From NCBI RefSeq assembly GCF_009914755.1, contig NC_060932.1: a stretch of DNA of 64,000 nucleotides. One strand, 5' to 3'. The position numbers and the translations under genes were made by a program. This document shows positions 15,241 to 30,600 of this stretch, piece by piece; positions within the stretch are counted from its first letter, which is position 1; the number at the start of each line of letters is the position of its first letter. A model generated the notes under the pieces. That model was not told the origin of the DNA. It searched no databases and worked only from the letters and a program-made list of their open reading frames with translations. Source of the stretch: the human T2T-CHM13v2.0 reference genome, Homo sapiens.

Positions 15241-15541
15241 TTTTTTTTTTTTTTTTAAGAGACAAGGTCTCCTCTGTCACACAGGTTGGAGTGCACTGGA
15301 GTACAGTGGTGTGATCATAGCTCACTGCAGCCTTGAACTCCTGGGCTCAAGCAATCCTCCCACCTCACAGCCTCCCGAGTAGCTAGGAGTACAGGCACAT
15401 GCCACCATGCTCAATTAATTTTTATTTTTTTATTTTTTGTAGAGATGGTGGTCTCCCTATGTCGCTCAGGTTGGTCTCAAACTTCTGGCCTCAAGCAAGC
15501 CTCCTACCTCAGCCTCCCAAAGTGTTGGGATTACAGACATG
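15241..15541 (-). mobile_element. AluJ-type SINE, 5' end slightly truncated
   Basis: Poly-T followed by reverse Alu (GCTCACTGCAGCCTTGAACTCCTGGGCTCAAGCAATCC). Confidence 0.92.
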
Positions 15542-18500
15542 GGTCTGTATAGATTTTTATGGTTGTTAAAAGTCAGACCTCTTAGACTAGCAGGAAATAT
15601 AGGGTAACACTTCCCTTAATCAAATTTCTAATGGTCAGAATATGATATCTGCTGGAATGGTTCCACTGAAGCCTTTGTTCCCCAGAGGCACTTCATTTTA
15701 CTCCTGACCAGATGGTGGGTGGCTCTTCCTCACACTGGATTTAACACTTAGGGTATGAGAGCCCTCCAACTGTTCAAAATCCAGCCTTAACCCTCAACCA
15801 CTGCTGCTGCCTCATCTCTGAGTGACACAGCGGTTCACTAAGCCACTTAACTAAATAAGTTTTCCAGTTCTGTTTCCATCCTGGTCTCTGTTGCTCCTCT
15901 CAAAACATGGCATCCAGTTGTGGAACAGACATTGGGTGGGAACCTCCCTTGATGAAGATACAACAAAGCTTCAGCTTTGGCTTGGCTCTTTTCATTTAAG
16001 ACTGTGAGAACTTGCACAGTTGCTACATCCTAAGTATTGCCAAAGGGTAGAGCAAAGATCCAGGATCTTGGATTTATTCATTCCATTTCCCAAGAGCTAT
16101 TAAGAGGATCTTGGAGGTCAGCTGGTCCAAATCTATAGTCCTACAGACGTAGAAAGTGGCATGGGTGGGTGGCTATACAACTCGCTCAGAGTTCCACAAG
16201 TGATACTGCTCTCCTCCAGAGCTCCTGTGCAAATATGTTACTGGCTCATAATAAATGTCCAACTAAACACTTCAGGTATTCTCAAGCTAAAGTTGAGAGT
16301 ATTTTACATTTTAAGAAAAAACAAAGAGCTCTGAAATAGGGACTAAACAGAAAATCACACAGATGCATTACTTCCAATAAAAATGTTTTGACCACTTATG
16401 ACGTGTTGCACTTCTCTACTAGGGCAGCCTCAGATGGCACCATTCTAAGTTCTCCTTGGAGGAAAACCACATGGCTCAGTGAGAAGCCATGTTTATCAAT
16501 TAACTGGAGCAACACAGTCTTATTTACTCAAATAATTTTCTAGTCAACACATCCAGCAGCCCTGAATCACCATTTCCCTCCTGTCCTGCCCCACAAAGGG
16601 AGGGATGTTTGATGTTACAGCTAGTGTCACAGCTTTCAGGGAGAGATAGTTGTAATCTAATTCCTCAATTTGTCAAACAGGACATTTTCATTACAGCTGG
16701 ACCCAGCTGGAAATGAATCACTCCCACACACGTCCCCAACAAAACATAAAAGGCATTTAACAGAGAAAGACACACATGTACTGTACACAAACCCACAAAG
16801 ACAGAGAGAGAGATTGCTTCATCAAACCAAACTGAGTAAGCATGAAACCGTACTACCCATCTAATGGGAGTCTCCATTCCACTTTGCATTTTCTCACCCT
16901 GGGTCTTTGCTCAAAAGGTGTCCTCTGCCTGAAATGTTCTACCCATCTATTCCTCAGGTCCAGGTCCGAAAGGACCCTGTAAGATTTCTCCAGTTGGAAC
17001 CTGTCATGACCTCATGTGTGCTCTCAGAGCAATCTGAATTATCACAGCTCTGACCGGTCTATGCTATATTGCAGCTAACCTGGCACCCCACAACCACCAC
17101 CCCATTCACCTGTGAACACCTTTGGGACAGAAAGCATGTCTAATTCATTCTGTTACCCTTCCCTCAGTCATCTACCAAAAACCAGGCACATAGTAGGTGC
17201 TCAAATGGCAGAATCATGTTAAACTGTACTTAACTCATGTGAGGCCTTCATGAGCATTTAAGGTTTATATTGCCAAAGGCAATTTGTCTTACGGGTAAGC
17301 TTTACGATGGATCATTGTTTCCTTTCCCAGTTTAAATGTGTGTAGGTATCTCTATGGGGAAAGGGACAGAAGACAGGGTTCTATCATTTATCTTTTGTTG
17401 CCTTCTGGAAATTTTGCCTGTTTTTACATATAATCATTCTTAAACCTATAAAAATGCCCCGAGCTGAAAATTTTAGGTGAAGCCATGAAGAATATACTGA
17501 ACCCAATTCTACGATTCTCTGGGATGCTCCTGAAAGTACAAACAAACCTCCTTCCACTTCTAGCCTTTTTTTCTCAGTAGCAGATGATATGGTGTACCAA
17601 AAATGGGCTTTGGCATCAGAAAGACCTTAGCTGTCCATTGGCCAGACCAGCCTTTCCAATGCTCAGTTCCCCCAGCTGCAAAAAGGGAATAAGATTACTT
17701 CCCAAGCAGATGGACATAAAGAATAGATAGGATATAAAAAGAGCCTGGAACCTAGCAGGCACACATATTAAATGTCAGCTAATCTTAAGTGTTGTGGGCT
17801 CCAAAGTTAAGGAAAGGGGGCATGGCTATTTCGAGTGGAAAGAGCGAGTAGGGCCCTATTACCCCTTAGACCATTCTCTGGAAGGTTAGTTGACATCACA
17901 ATGTCATCTTGCTCTTAGATCCATCCTTCTGAACCATGATGGAACTGCCAAGCCCAGAGCAAGAATTCCATGGAAGCAGTCTGGAGAGAGAAAGGAACAC
18001 TGGCTCTGAGCATTCCTTACTAACTGTGTCAACTTGGTCAGTTTACTTCACTTCCCTGGGCATCAGCTGAAGAAAACGGGCCCAGAATGTTAAGTAAAGC
18101 AAGTCACACAGTTGCTTAGTCCACAGACTATGGAATCTGGCAGGCATGAAATCCAGCCTTACTTCCTGCCTTCCTTATTATAGTGGAGGAAGTTACTTAA
18201 TTTTAGAGCCTTTTCTCATTTGTAAAAAAATAGGACGTCCACCCACATCAGGTTATCATGAGAAAAGTATTAGATAAACATGTAAAGAGTTTAGCACAGT
18301 ACTGTTACCTAGTCAAGAGGTGCCAAGCCCTCAAAATCATGTAGCTAGTATTTTATTAGCAACATTAAAAATACAAGCAAAGCATTTAAAAAATACACCC
18401 CAAAATTCAGACATATCTAGAAACACATACACACACACATGCAAACACACAATGCACATCAAGTGGGGAGAATGATCAGAATCCACAAAAGCTGAAAAAT

Positions 18501-19880
18501 GGGGAAACTGAGGCCCAAACCCAGAGAACCATAGAGCAGATCCCCAAATATTTCTGTGTGAAGTCTCGGCCCAAGGTCTAGGTTTGCTTTCTCAGAACCA
18601 CTAAATCCAGAGAGAATGATGGAATACACAAAATTACAGGGCTTACACAGAGAAGAGAAGTTATCACTATGGCTACTATTTCAAATCCAAGAGCAAGCAC
18701 CTCTCTTGGAGGCCTGTTAACTTGGTTTTGGGTCACAGAGTAAACATTTCATGACCAACATCTGAAATTTTCCATTCAACTTTGAAGAAACAGTCTGATT
18801 TGATGGCACTTGTGAAGTTTACAGCTTCTGCTCTGCATCTTTCTGGTGCTTTTCAATGAAGATGTTGAGTGCTTGTTATCATTACAGGTCTACACCATAT
18901 CACCAATGGCAGGGAGTATAATGAAAACTCTGTCTTTTTTCCTGCTGAAAGAGAAAACCTAATTTCACCCAGAAGCCCATCCACACCACCTGCACTTTTT
19001 GAATATTCAATCCCACTTCAAGTTAAATAACCATTTTTATGATCATTTCTGTGATTATGTCATTGTACTTTAGTTTACAGTTTCATTATTTGTACACTGT
19101 CAAATAAAAAATAATACAAAGAACATCTAATTTTACTTCAACACTTCCAAAAATTTCCTAATCTCCAACCCCAAAGTGGAATTCAACATCAATAGCAATG
19201 CTTTTGGAAATATTCCAGAATGCAAAACAACTTTTCGTTTTCTTATTAGAAACTCTGGATTTTTTCCCTTTTCTGAATGGCTGAAAGTAGAATAAAAAGG
19301 CTGCTTCCTTAGTTAATCTCAGCCTGATTTTCTTTCTACTTCTCTTATCACTTTCTTCAAGTAAAAGGATAATCTTTATTAATTTTCCAACCTGGAAGAA
19401 GCCATTAATATGTCAATGACTGATTCTAACTTGAAAGCACATGCAGCACAACAGGCACAATTTTCATTTTATTTTTGTAAAAAAAATTTTAGAAAATATT
19501 TCTATATAAAAATCTAAGAAATCTATAACAGCTAAAAAAGAAGTTTTTTTTTTTTAAAGGGAAAATAATACACTGACAACTTATCTAAGGAAATTCTATT
19601 CATATTACAGAAAGAACTAGCAGCAGCAACATTCACAGTGATTCAAGCACAAAGCGGTTCAATCTTTCATATGGAAATTCTGTTTGGAGGCGAAACCGTG
19701 TCATGCTCTATTTTGGGTAAGTAGCTCTCAAAACTCAAGGGGGAATTACAATTATATATCTACTCCATACTACCTTATTATCTACTCCTTATTTCCTAAG
19801 CACCCCCAACCCTAGTCCAAATCAGTTGGATTTAAAAGGCTATTTTATAAAGAATTATAAACCAACATGTTTTAACTCTA

Positions 19881-20285
<405 letters not shown>

Positions 20286-22934
20286 TTAAAGTATGGCAGG
20301 GCATATTGCCATCATGAAACAGAAAGGTTCATATACAAGTCACAACACCAGAAGATTAATATTTTCGCCAATCATACAGATAAAATTATCAGACTATTAG
20401 ATGCATTTATTCATTCAGTAGTATTTCTGGAGGGCCTATTATGTGACGAGCAGCATGCAGAATGGAACACCATGCCTATCCCCCAGAAGCTGAGATTACA
20501 GAAGAGACTCACAGCCATCAGGGAACCCCGTGAAGCCTCATGGGTGTTGGGCCACAGTGTGCACAGAGCAGCTGGAGCTGCAAGGACTGGGCTGCCAACT
20601 TCTAATGGGGACTGGGGAACAGGGAAAAGCAGTAGTTAGGAAGGGTCTCTTCAGAAGGTGACATCTGAGCTCAGTCCAGAAAGATGAGTAGGTGTTCATC
20701 TGGTACAGGAGGAGGCAAGGAGACGTGAAAATGCAAGAGGCTTCCAGTTTGCTTCTGCTCCTTCTGGCAGCAGCAGAAGGCAGAGGACTCTAGGTGCAGC
20801 TGTTAAGGAGAGTGGACATTATCCTATAAACCACAAAAAGTTGCTGAGGCACACATATAAAGAGGTACTCTTTGATTTTCAGGTAACAACAACAACAAAA
20901 ATATCAAGCACATCAAATATGTTCCTTGGGTAACGGAAAAAGAAAAGCACATGATGAAATATTATTACAAAATGCCAGCTCTTCATTCATTTCTATTAAA
21001 GTCTTCTACAAACCTCACAGCCTCCCAAAAGTTCTACTTGTGTTTCACATAGATTCAGCTAGAGTTCAGAGACAATATATATGGTCTCTTTTTAACTTTT
21101 AAACCACAGGATGAGTAACCAAATTTGAAAAGAACTTTATGCCATGAAACAAATACAGTTATCTTCATATTATTCTACAGTTCTTCACAACCATTCTGAT
21201 AGCTTAAAGCTTGCTTCTAGCTGTAGCATGTAACAGAATATACTTTTATTTAACAATTCAGAGGGAAAAAAACACAAGATGAATGAAAAGGTCTATTATA
21301 TTTCAAGTGTGTAGTGATTTCCTGTTTCTTTCACACTTTTGGCAGCCATGTGCCATGTCACAGAGTACTTTTTATACTACAACATCAACAAAAATCTCTT
21401 TTCAGACTCTGGAAAAACTGGGCATCTCTCTCAAATACCAACAGCTCTCCATTTAATAATACAAAACAGCAATGTGACTAAAAATCATCATCCCACTAAC
21501 AAAGTACCTTTGTCATAAATAAACCCTCCCTTTAGATTATCCAAATACATATCAGACCTCCAACCCTCCTTTCAGAATATCAAGCATCCCTCCTTGTCTT
21601 CATTGCCTTCCTGTGCTTCCTGTTCTTCTTCCCCAAATTCTCTCTGGCCACACTGCTCTGTCACTGGGTATGAGACGGATTAACGATCACTGATTTATTC
21701 TCTCCTCCCTTCAGAGTTCAGACTGGGATCCAGAGAGCTAAAGCATACTTTTTGCCTATTACTTCCTTCCCTACCACAAGCACTTACTTCCCCAGACTAT
21801 TATCTCAGGCTGTATTCCCTTTCATTTTCATTTGATGACACTGATCATCTTTATCACCATGAGGATGACCATTAATTGGATGCCGATCATGCAACAGACC
21901 CTCAGCCAAGCATTTAAATAGATTGCTTCATGTAATCCTCACTGTCATTCAATAAGGTCACTTTATGACCCCTATTTTACAGAGGAGAAACCAAGGCTTG
22001 GAGAAACTGACCCACAGAGAGGTGTAGTAAACTGACAAATAGTGAGCAACATAGCCAGGATTCAGATGCAGGTCCATCAGATTAAAACTTGGTTGGTCAC
22101 ACTAACTTCTACTCAGAAATAGCAAAATGAATGCATGAAATTGTCCTATTATTCATGCATACTGAAATATGAAGAGATCATGATTCAAAGCCAGAAATCA
22201 ACAGTGCCTAAAGAGCATACAACCACCCTAGTGGAAAAAGAGATGGAAAAAAAGAGTTGGGAGGCAGATTCTGGGCCTGACTTTCCCTTTCAACAGTTGA
22301 TCAAGAGTACAGCAGCCCTGCTGAGGCTGTGTCTCCCACACCACCCCACTAAGGACTACTGGGCTCTTTGGTCAGGGAGAGATAGTCTGAGGTTAAGAAA
22401 ATGTAGCTCAGGAGAAAATCCTGTGAACACAACAGGAGTAGCTACTCTGTAGGCTTGAATCTAAACAAGAGGTTAATAAAAATGATATGGAAACTTATTT
22501 CTCTTATAGTACTTCTGAGTCAGTCAAAAATAAGTTTCAGGACACTAAAAGAAAAAAGTGTGAACTCCAAGCAACTTAATGGTTATGAAGTATGATTACT
22601 GGGAAATGAAATTTCCAAGTGAGACAGGAAAAGAGAGCCCCAGAATAAGACCAGGCTGCATGCAATGAAGACTACTCAACTCCAAACTCTGTCTCATCAG
22701 CCTACCAGAGATAGACACCTGGGATTAAGATAATGCAAAACAAAGTTTCAGAAACAGCCCTGTGAAAACAATCATATCACCCAAGATAAATGTTTGCTGA
22801 ATAAATTCAGTGATCAATCAACTCAAGGCAATGATTCCTGCTTCGAACTTAATAATCACAGTGGGGGAGAAGAAGGCAAAGTTACAAAAGGGCATGTGTG
22901 CGGGAGCATGTTTAAGGTTATATATACATCAATC

Positions 22935-23099
22935 ATCCTTGCTATTCCTAGTGTGGTCAGTGAACCAGCAGCAGTGGCATCACCTGAGAATTGAAAAGAA
23001 ATGCAGATTATTGGGTCCTACCCCAAACCTACCAAATTAGAATCAGCACATAATAAGCTCTCCAGGTGATTTGTATGCACATTGAAGTTTGAGAAACAC
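22935..23099. mobile_element. MER5A-like hAT-Charlie DNA transposon relic
   Basis: CCAGCAGCAGTGGCATCACCTGAGAA...AGAAATGCAGATT...CCCCAAACCTAC...CCAGGTGATTTGTATGCACATTGAAGTTTGAGAA matches the MER5A pattern. Confidence 0.8.
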
Positions 23100-26000
23100 A
23101 TTCAAAGCAAGCTGGATAAAGACAAGGCAATAAACCAAAGGAACTAATATGTGATGAATGTCTACTATGTACCAGTTTTGGTATTAGGCACTTTACATGG
23201 GTAAAAGAAATAAAGACTAAGGCAGGATGAATGGTGTCGGCATCTATCATGTGATGCATCAAAGAGATTCAGAAAAGATGCCATACTCTTACAATCTGAG
23301 AGGAGCATGGTAAAGCCAACCAGGGGGAAAAATACTTTTTGACAGTCTTCATTTTGACATAAGTCACCGAACAGTGACAAAAAAGTACCTATTTGCATTG
23401 TCTCTAAAAGACGGTAAGCCAGATAGATGTCAGACCTAGCAGAAAAGCTAAAAAGATACTAAACTCCCAATGAAACCACCAGAGAACATTTCAAGAAACT
23501 ACTTCTCCCAAACAGCTCCAGTCTCATAAACTATAAATTTATGAAAGAATAAGAGAGAAAAGGGCAAAAAATGTCTTGACCTTAGTATAAAAATAGTTTT
23601 GATCTCTCAGAACCCCTGGAAGGATCCTGGGACTTCCCACAGGGAACCCCAGACCATACTTTACATATCTTTACAATAGGGACAATCACAAATAGCTAAC
23701 CCAGTCAGGACTCACATCAGAGTTTGTATGAGGAAATAAGGAAAGGCTTGGGCATCAACAGCAAGAAAATAATGCCACAGGTTGGTAAAAGGGTGAGATT
23801 AATTCAAAAATATTTTAAAAGATGTTCATGTTTTCCATGTTAAATTACATTTAAGTTTGATTTAGGATCTGCTTACTTGTAACTATCATCTTAACTCCAA
23901 TTGAGTGGTGCATGCTTCAAATAAGATCATAGGAAAATCACTCTATCACTCATATTAATCAGTAATTGGGTTGATTTCCTGTACCACCAACCACCTGCAT
24001 TTGATTCCTCATTGATAATCAAGGCAACTTTTTGCTTTTTTAGAAGTCTCCAGTGTAACAAAAATGAGTACACTGCAAAGAGAGCCCTGTTATAAACTGT
24101 AAATTCTGAACGCTAATTAAGCATGCTAGTCCTCTCCAAATAATCAAATCCTAACATGTCCATGATAATTAACAGAAAAAAATTGTTACATAATCCTATC
24201 AGGAAATAAAAGTTGGTTATGTATAGATGGGGGTGAAGGAAGAGGTTTCTCTCCTTCCCATGAAAATTGAAGTACTAAAGGCTAGCCAAACCTCATCCAC
24301 AACTTCTCAAAGACCTTCTGTAATACATCTGTTTTCATGCATTTCTTTCCATTTTTATAAGTCTTTTACTTTCCTCTCCTCTCAACTTGAAATCTCACCC
24401 ATCCACCAAAACATTCTCTTAAGTCAGAACAGAGAAGAGGCAATGGCCAGACTTGGTAGCAAACTCCCTTGATCCTAAAATCGAACCTACATATAAAATA
24501 GTGACAGCCAGTTCCCCATGGGGATGGCAATTATAGCAACTATTTCTATTGTGCATTTACTACATACCAATGTGGAGTGTAAGATGCCTAATCCATTACT
24601 TCATTTTTGCTTCACAACAATCGTTGAAATACATATTACACTCATTTTACAGAGGAAGAACAGGCTCAGAGTGGTGAAGTGGCTTGCCCTAGATCACATA
24701 TTTGGGCACTGGGGGATAAGACGACCTAAGGAGCCTGTGATGCTTTACATGCATTCGTTCACCTCACCCTCACAACAGACCCATGCAATAGTACAATACA
24801 AATATTACAGTTCAGAAAAAGGTATATATTTATAGGTGATGCTGGCAGCAGATGCCTAAGTAACAGAGAAGTAAAGTAACTTGCCCAAAACTGCACAGTT
24901 AAGTGGCAGCAGCAGGCTTAACAGTACCTACCTAAATGGTGGTCATGAGGTTTACATCAGTGGATGTAGTTAACTACCTGACATACAGCAAATACTCAAT
25001 AAAAATTAGCTGCTACAATTAAAGTATTCTGCATAGGGGAAGTATTCAACAAAGAACAGCCAGCAACAACAGAAGATACGTGTCAGGTAAATAAAGACAG
25101 GACTCTCCTTCCAAGAAAAGAACATTATCCTGACTACTCCCCAATAGCTTTACTGCCCACAGTCATCCCAGCAAACACTCTGCAGTATCTTTAATGACTC
25201 TAGCTAGTCATGCATCTGTGTGGAATTTTTTCCATTTCTTTTATTAACAGCAGGCAATGGGGTGTGCTGGAAAATGTACACACTGGGCTAACAGTGGCTC
25301 CGGTTCCATCACCTTCAAACTACATGACATCTGTGGGCCTGGTTTCCTCAGCTGAATGCTGAGGACAATCCCATCTCCCCTGCCACACCAATGCTCCACA
25401 CAGAGAGCCAGCAGAAATTCTGACTTCCTACTGCTGCTCTGGCTGCCTTGTTGCTTCAGTGGATCACAATCCTTCTGAGGACTGTTTCCTGGGCATTTCC
25501 CCCAGAGCAGCAGTTGCTGGGCTCTTTCTGCACACTGGTTGGTCCAGAATTGGGCTGCTGGGCAGACAATCAAAATCACAAGATGGGGGCAGAGTAACAA
25601 AAGCACCTGGGCACTAATGAGCAGCTTATTCCCCACCTAAGAAGTGCAGCAGTCAGGAAGACAGCACCTGAGGAGAGAGGGGGAATGAACCCTCAAGCTC
25701 AAGGAATCCTAAGGAAACTTAAATACAGATACAGCGACTCTTCATTGGAGAGACTTTAAAAGGTCTTTGTCATGGCAAAAGCCATAGACACGAATCATCT
25801 CACCTGGACTCAACACTTAACCAGTAGCCACCCACCCTCTCTAAAGTTTCAAGCAAGGTGACTTATCTGGGCTATCGTTTCTTCACCAATATCTCAAGGT
25901 AAAATAACGTAAAGAAAAATTCTCGGTAAGAACAAATTTAAGACGCTGGAAACTTTCACACCTGTTTAAAGACCATGCTGTGGAAGAGGTGAACAAACAG

Positions 26001-27269
26001 TTTAGGACTTTATGGAGAGAAAATTTTAAGAATCAGCAAATTTACAAGTATCCTTGAGTACATCGATGCGGTCAGGGAGGGGAATATATTAATAGCAAGT
26101 AGAGTCGGAAGTCAGCAAAAAGAAGGAGCTATCACAAGATTCAACATGGGGTAAGTCTCCTCCACTTGAAGGCAGTGCTCTATCTGCTTGGTTTGTAGAT
26201 GTTTAAAAATAGCTTCCTTCCTGACAAAATCATCTTAGGGCTCAAACACAAAAAAATCAATTACTTAAAACATAAAACACAATGCTATAATCAGGAAGTG
26301 TTTTAACCAATAAAAGCACTAACTTAAAGAGGTATGTCTGGTTCTGTGCCCTGAAGGTCAGTTGGCAGTGGCTGTAAACTCAGGACTGATGAGAAATCTC
26401 AATGATGTGGAAAATGAGATGGTTGACCTCCATGATTTCTAAGGCTCCTTCTGGCTCTAAAACTCTAAGATTACACTATTTCCCTTGAAATCCTGCAAGT
26501 CCTGAAATTCCTCCCCTTTCCCTCTTGGTCAGTCCTACAGACAGTACTTCTTCTGGACTCTCCTTATCCTCACTTCCACCATACACAGAGCCAGGCTCAC
26601 CTTGCCTAAATTCTTCAAGGCTTCCGTGTGTGTACATTTGTTCATTCAAATGGGGTTCATTCTACTGGGTCGCAGGCTTTGGAGATAAACAGATGAATAA
26701 ATAAGTCCTGTCCTCAAAACAATAATGCAATAGGCTTAAAACCAACATTTCGGCACAGTGGGTTCTACGTGAAGAAAAGGCTGAAAGGACTGGCTGGAGA
26801 AATAACCCCAAATAAGTCACTGTTTACCAAGGATCCCACACATCTGTGTGAAAAAGGTGTCTACAAGGCAAAGGGGAACTTTCTAGGGAATGAAAAACAC
26901 CTGGGTTGTCTCTGAGAGGAAGAAGACAGGGCTCTGCAGAAGGCCTGCAGAAATTTAGCCTACAAAAGAGTCAAACAAGGTTAGACCCTCAGGAAGCAAC
27001 CACTGCCACTTCAGAAATAAACACAAATTAACTCACCCTGGGCAATAATTTATGTTGGGTGTGGAACAAATCACTCTGTCTCCCTTCATACTATCACTTT
27101 TCTAGGAGAAAGGGCAGAAGCAGATATTAAATATCTGATTAGTAAGTATTCATGGCATTTATACTCTTGTACCCAATGCATAAAATGTGTGTGTATACTT
27201 AAACTTTGAATTTAAAAATGTTCATTCCACATCTCCTTTTTAAAAAGGCTATAACGTCTAAGAAAGCAG

Positions 27270-27468
27270 TGTGACATGGAACAGTTAAGAAACTTGGTTT
27301 GAAACTTAGCTCCACCATATAACAGTTGTGCAATTTGGGCATTTATTGATCTTCTCTAAGCATTCATTCACTTCCTGTGAAATGGAGAAACTCTGCAAAG
27401 CTATTTTAAGGATAAAATTTACATAAAGAACTTAGCACACTACCAGGCTCCAAAGAGGAAGCTTAATA
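27270..27468 (+). mobile_element. MIR element; one of many MIR relics (others near 950-1115, 12500-12720, 21860-22100, 49590-49810, 53230-53470, 57760-58000)
   Basis: MIR core motifs: CTTCCTGTGAAATGGAGA and ACATAAAGAACTTAGCACACTACCAGGC. Confidence 0.65.
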
Positions 27469-27469
27469 C

Positions 27470-27520
27470 CTTGTGACTCTTATGATGGCTCCTGCATGCT
27501 TCTTGAGGCTGACCAATCAT
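27470..27520 (-). CDS. ASAP1: Candidate alternative first coding exon of ASAP1 (MIGQPQEACRSHHKSHK), phase 0 into the next exon
   Basis: Minus strand reads GCA ATG ATT GGT CAG CCT CAA GAA GCA TGC AGG AGC CAT CAT AAG AGT CAC AAG|GTATTA: 17 codons then a GT donor, the same phase as the 44647 donor. I recall ASAP1 isoforms beginning with this peptide (unverified). 5' boundary unknown. Confidence 0.55.
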
Positions 27521-27571
27521 TGCGATGAATGACAAAATCTTTCCAAAGTCTTCAAGGGAATAAAATACTAG

Positions 27572-27611
27572 GTTTTTTTTTGTTTTTGTTTTTGTTTTTG
27601 TTTTTGTTTTG
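27572..27611. repeat. (GTTTTT)n simple repeat
   Basis: ggttttttttTGTTTTTGTTTTTGTTTTTGTTTTTGTTTTG read directly. Confidence 0.9.
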
Positions 27612-30600
27612 TCGCTGGGGGGCAGTGGTGGAGGGGTGGTTTTTTAGAGTGTTTTTTAACCGACATTAAATGTGATACAGTAACACCACGTGGCTGTGAG
27701 GGTGCTTACAGATCAAATTAAGTCACTAAGTCTAGTGACAAGATGCATTACAGCAGAAGGTAAAGTCGACACAAAACTTCCAACTGACTGCTCCAGAGTG
27801 AAACACACCTACCACCCACAGCTTGCCTGGATGGGTGCAGGGCGCCAGGAAGGCCACCCTGTTCTCAAAAATGGATGTATGGCTCAAGTGTTACAATGTC
27901 AAACTCCTATCCATGACTCACTTTGTTTTCAGTAAGCTCCATGAAGCACCCACAGTGTCTAAGCGCTTGAGTTGACTTAACCAAGCATCAGTTGTGGGAT
28001 CTTGGGTAAGAACTGCAAGCAGAGCAGTTAATGGCAGAGACTTGGAGACTTGAGGGTCAGACAGATCTTTGTATAAACCTCGGTTCTTTCCCTTCGGCAG
28101 TAAAACCTGGGACAGGAAACTGCTGACTGCCAAGCCTCAGGACCCTTACTTGAAAATTAAAATATTACTAACATTACAGATTTGTTATGAGGATCAAAGG
28201 ATAAAATATGTGTCAACAGCCTGGCACCTCTTAAGTAGTCTCTGTTTCCACAATCTATAAAATGGGAACCAGAGCATCACCTGATGAGGCTGGTGCAAAG
28301 ATTAAATAATTCCGTGTCTTCAACTTGACTGCCCAGCCCAGTGAAGGACACGTACCAAGTGACCAAGGTTCAGTCACCAATGGTTCACGAACAGGCTTTA
28401 GGGAAGTCCTGGCACCAAAAAGAGAAACAGGAAAAGCATTTATTTATATAATTATTTATTAACAAATAAGAGATAAAAGAGCAGCAAGAAACGAGAGTCA
28501 AACTAGGAGACTCTTGGCATTGTTTTCTAAGGGTTCACTGGACCGAGAGATGGGAAGAGACAGCCAGCTACCCTGTAAGGTGTGACAGGATCTCCATGCC
28601 CAACACCTAAAACTAACTTCAGCATAAGTTGCTGTAATGCCTCATCAGGCATTTATACCTTTGAGTGAAACATGGGAGAGATTTCCTTCCAAGAGTTAGC
28701 TGAAAGCAGACTTTGGAAAGGAAAGTGTCGGTCCTGAGCCAGGGCATTCACGGTGAGGTGGAAAAGAGAATGTCCTGAGACCCCAAGGGCAATCAAGAAG
28801 TCTTAGGGGGTGAGGAGGATGAAGAAGGCAAATTGGCAAGGGTGGCACTCATCATGTAAGACCACAGACCTCAGAGACACAAACTCCAGCTTCCCCTGAC
28901 TGCACATCCTCGTCAAGTCACTCCTTCCCTCAGTTTTCTCATCTGTAAAATGAAGTTAATATTGTTTACTTTCCAGATTTTCTCCTCAGAACATCCAGTA
29001 ACAGAGGCCTTCTGTAAAATACCGTGGGTAAAGTACTCAGCATGAAACCCAGCACATTCTACCAAGAGTGGACCTTGACTTAACAGATGTCCATTCTAAG
29101 CTGAAATCCACAGGGAAAGATGCTCCAGATAGCTGCTATTTGGCCCCCTAGGGAAGCAGAGGCCCAATATACCCAGAAGCAATTTCCAAACACTGAGGAG
29201 GGCCTCTCTGAAACTTCTGGAACTGAGAAAGCACCATCCTAAGAAAAACAAAAGCGGCTGTTACAAACACAAAACGTAACAAACTCACATGACAAAGTGA
29301 TGGGGTTCCCTAGCCAAAGGACAGCTCAAGGACAAAATGTGAAATATAACTTGACTTTTAAAAAAGATGCCAACTCTCAGAAACAAGTTAAAGTTGCTTT
29401 TGGCACCTTCTCCTCCTCCTCTTCTCCTTCCCCTCAAGTTGCTCCAAGAACCTGGTTGCCCCCCACCCTACACCCCTCCAGGCACATCTAACTTCTACCC
29501 CTCTCTCCAAGATACTTCCCACCCTACTTCTCTGCCAAGTGTTAAGTGGGAAGCAACCAAACTAATTCACAACCATGTGTGAACGAAGGGGCAGTACAGG
29601 TTGGGTCTGTGAAAGATACTTACTAAGCCAAAAAGGTTTTCAGCTGGAGAAATGTCCTGTGACTTAGTCATGGGAGGTTAAAATGTTCAGGCAAGGAAGA
29701 ATGGAGGCACTACCTGGGGTCAGGCAACAGGCAGGCTAGAAGCTGGCCATGTCTGGTCTTTAACCATTTCCCCTTTTCATAGTGAATGCTATTTATTTAT
29801 TTCTGAGCCCAAGAGAGAGGCCTTAACAAACTTATTTCCATGGTAAGCAGGAATTTCAGACAAGAGGCTGTATGGGGCAGATAGAGAAGTCACTACTAAG
29901 GCGGATACGGGCTGATAAGGCAGAGCTACTCACCACCCCCTAACACTGAGATGACACTGGCTTTCAGTCTGCTAAGCAGAGAGTTTGAAAACACCCACAC
30001 TCACTCCTTTTTCCCTTCACTACTCCTACTCGCTTGATGTAACTTATAATGCACCAACACACACAAGGGCAACAGCACATTCAGAGCCCAGTTTTTTCTT
30101 TTGGAGAAACTTAAATCGAGACCTCAAAGCTGTCCCTCTGTGGAGAAAAGCACTTTCCTAGGCTGCCCAGGGCTGGAACAAGGCAAAGACCACCATTCTG
30201 GTGAAACAAGCTGGCAATATGACAAATATATAAGAAATTTATTAATATGCCTGGCCTTTGAGCCTCTAACTCCAACTCTAGGAATCTATCAACACTAGAG
30301 CAGAATATGACAGATATACACAAATATTCACCGCTCCAAGGTGAACAACAGGTCCTCCCTTTGGTGAAACTGCTAAGCCAACTGTACAAAACACACAATT
30401 GGGAGCAACTTAAGGGAGGGAGGGAAACATTTAATACAATGACATGCCTTTTTAAATATTATTGAAGACTTTTTAATGAAGTGGAAATGTTCATGATGTG
30501 TTAAATGAAAATAAGCAGGACAGAGATGTATCTGAGCAAAATACTTGAAGTGACAGTAGCGGCTACCTCTGGTTAGTGGGCTTATGGATGACTTTTAAAT

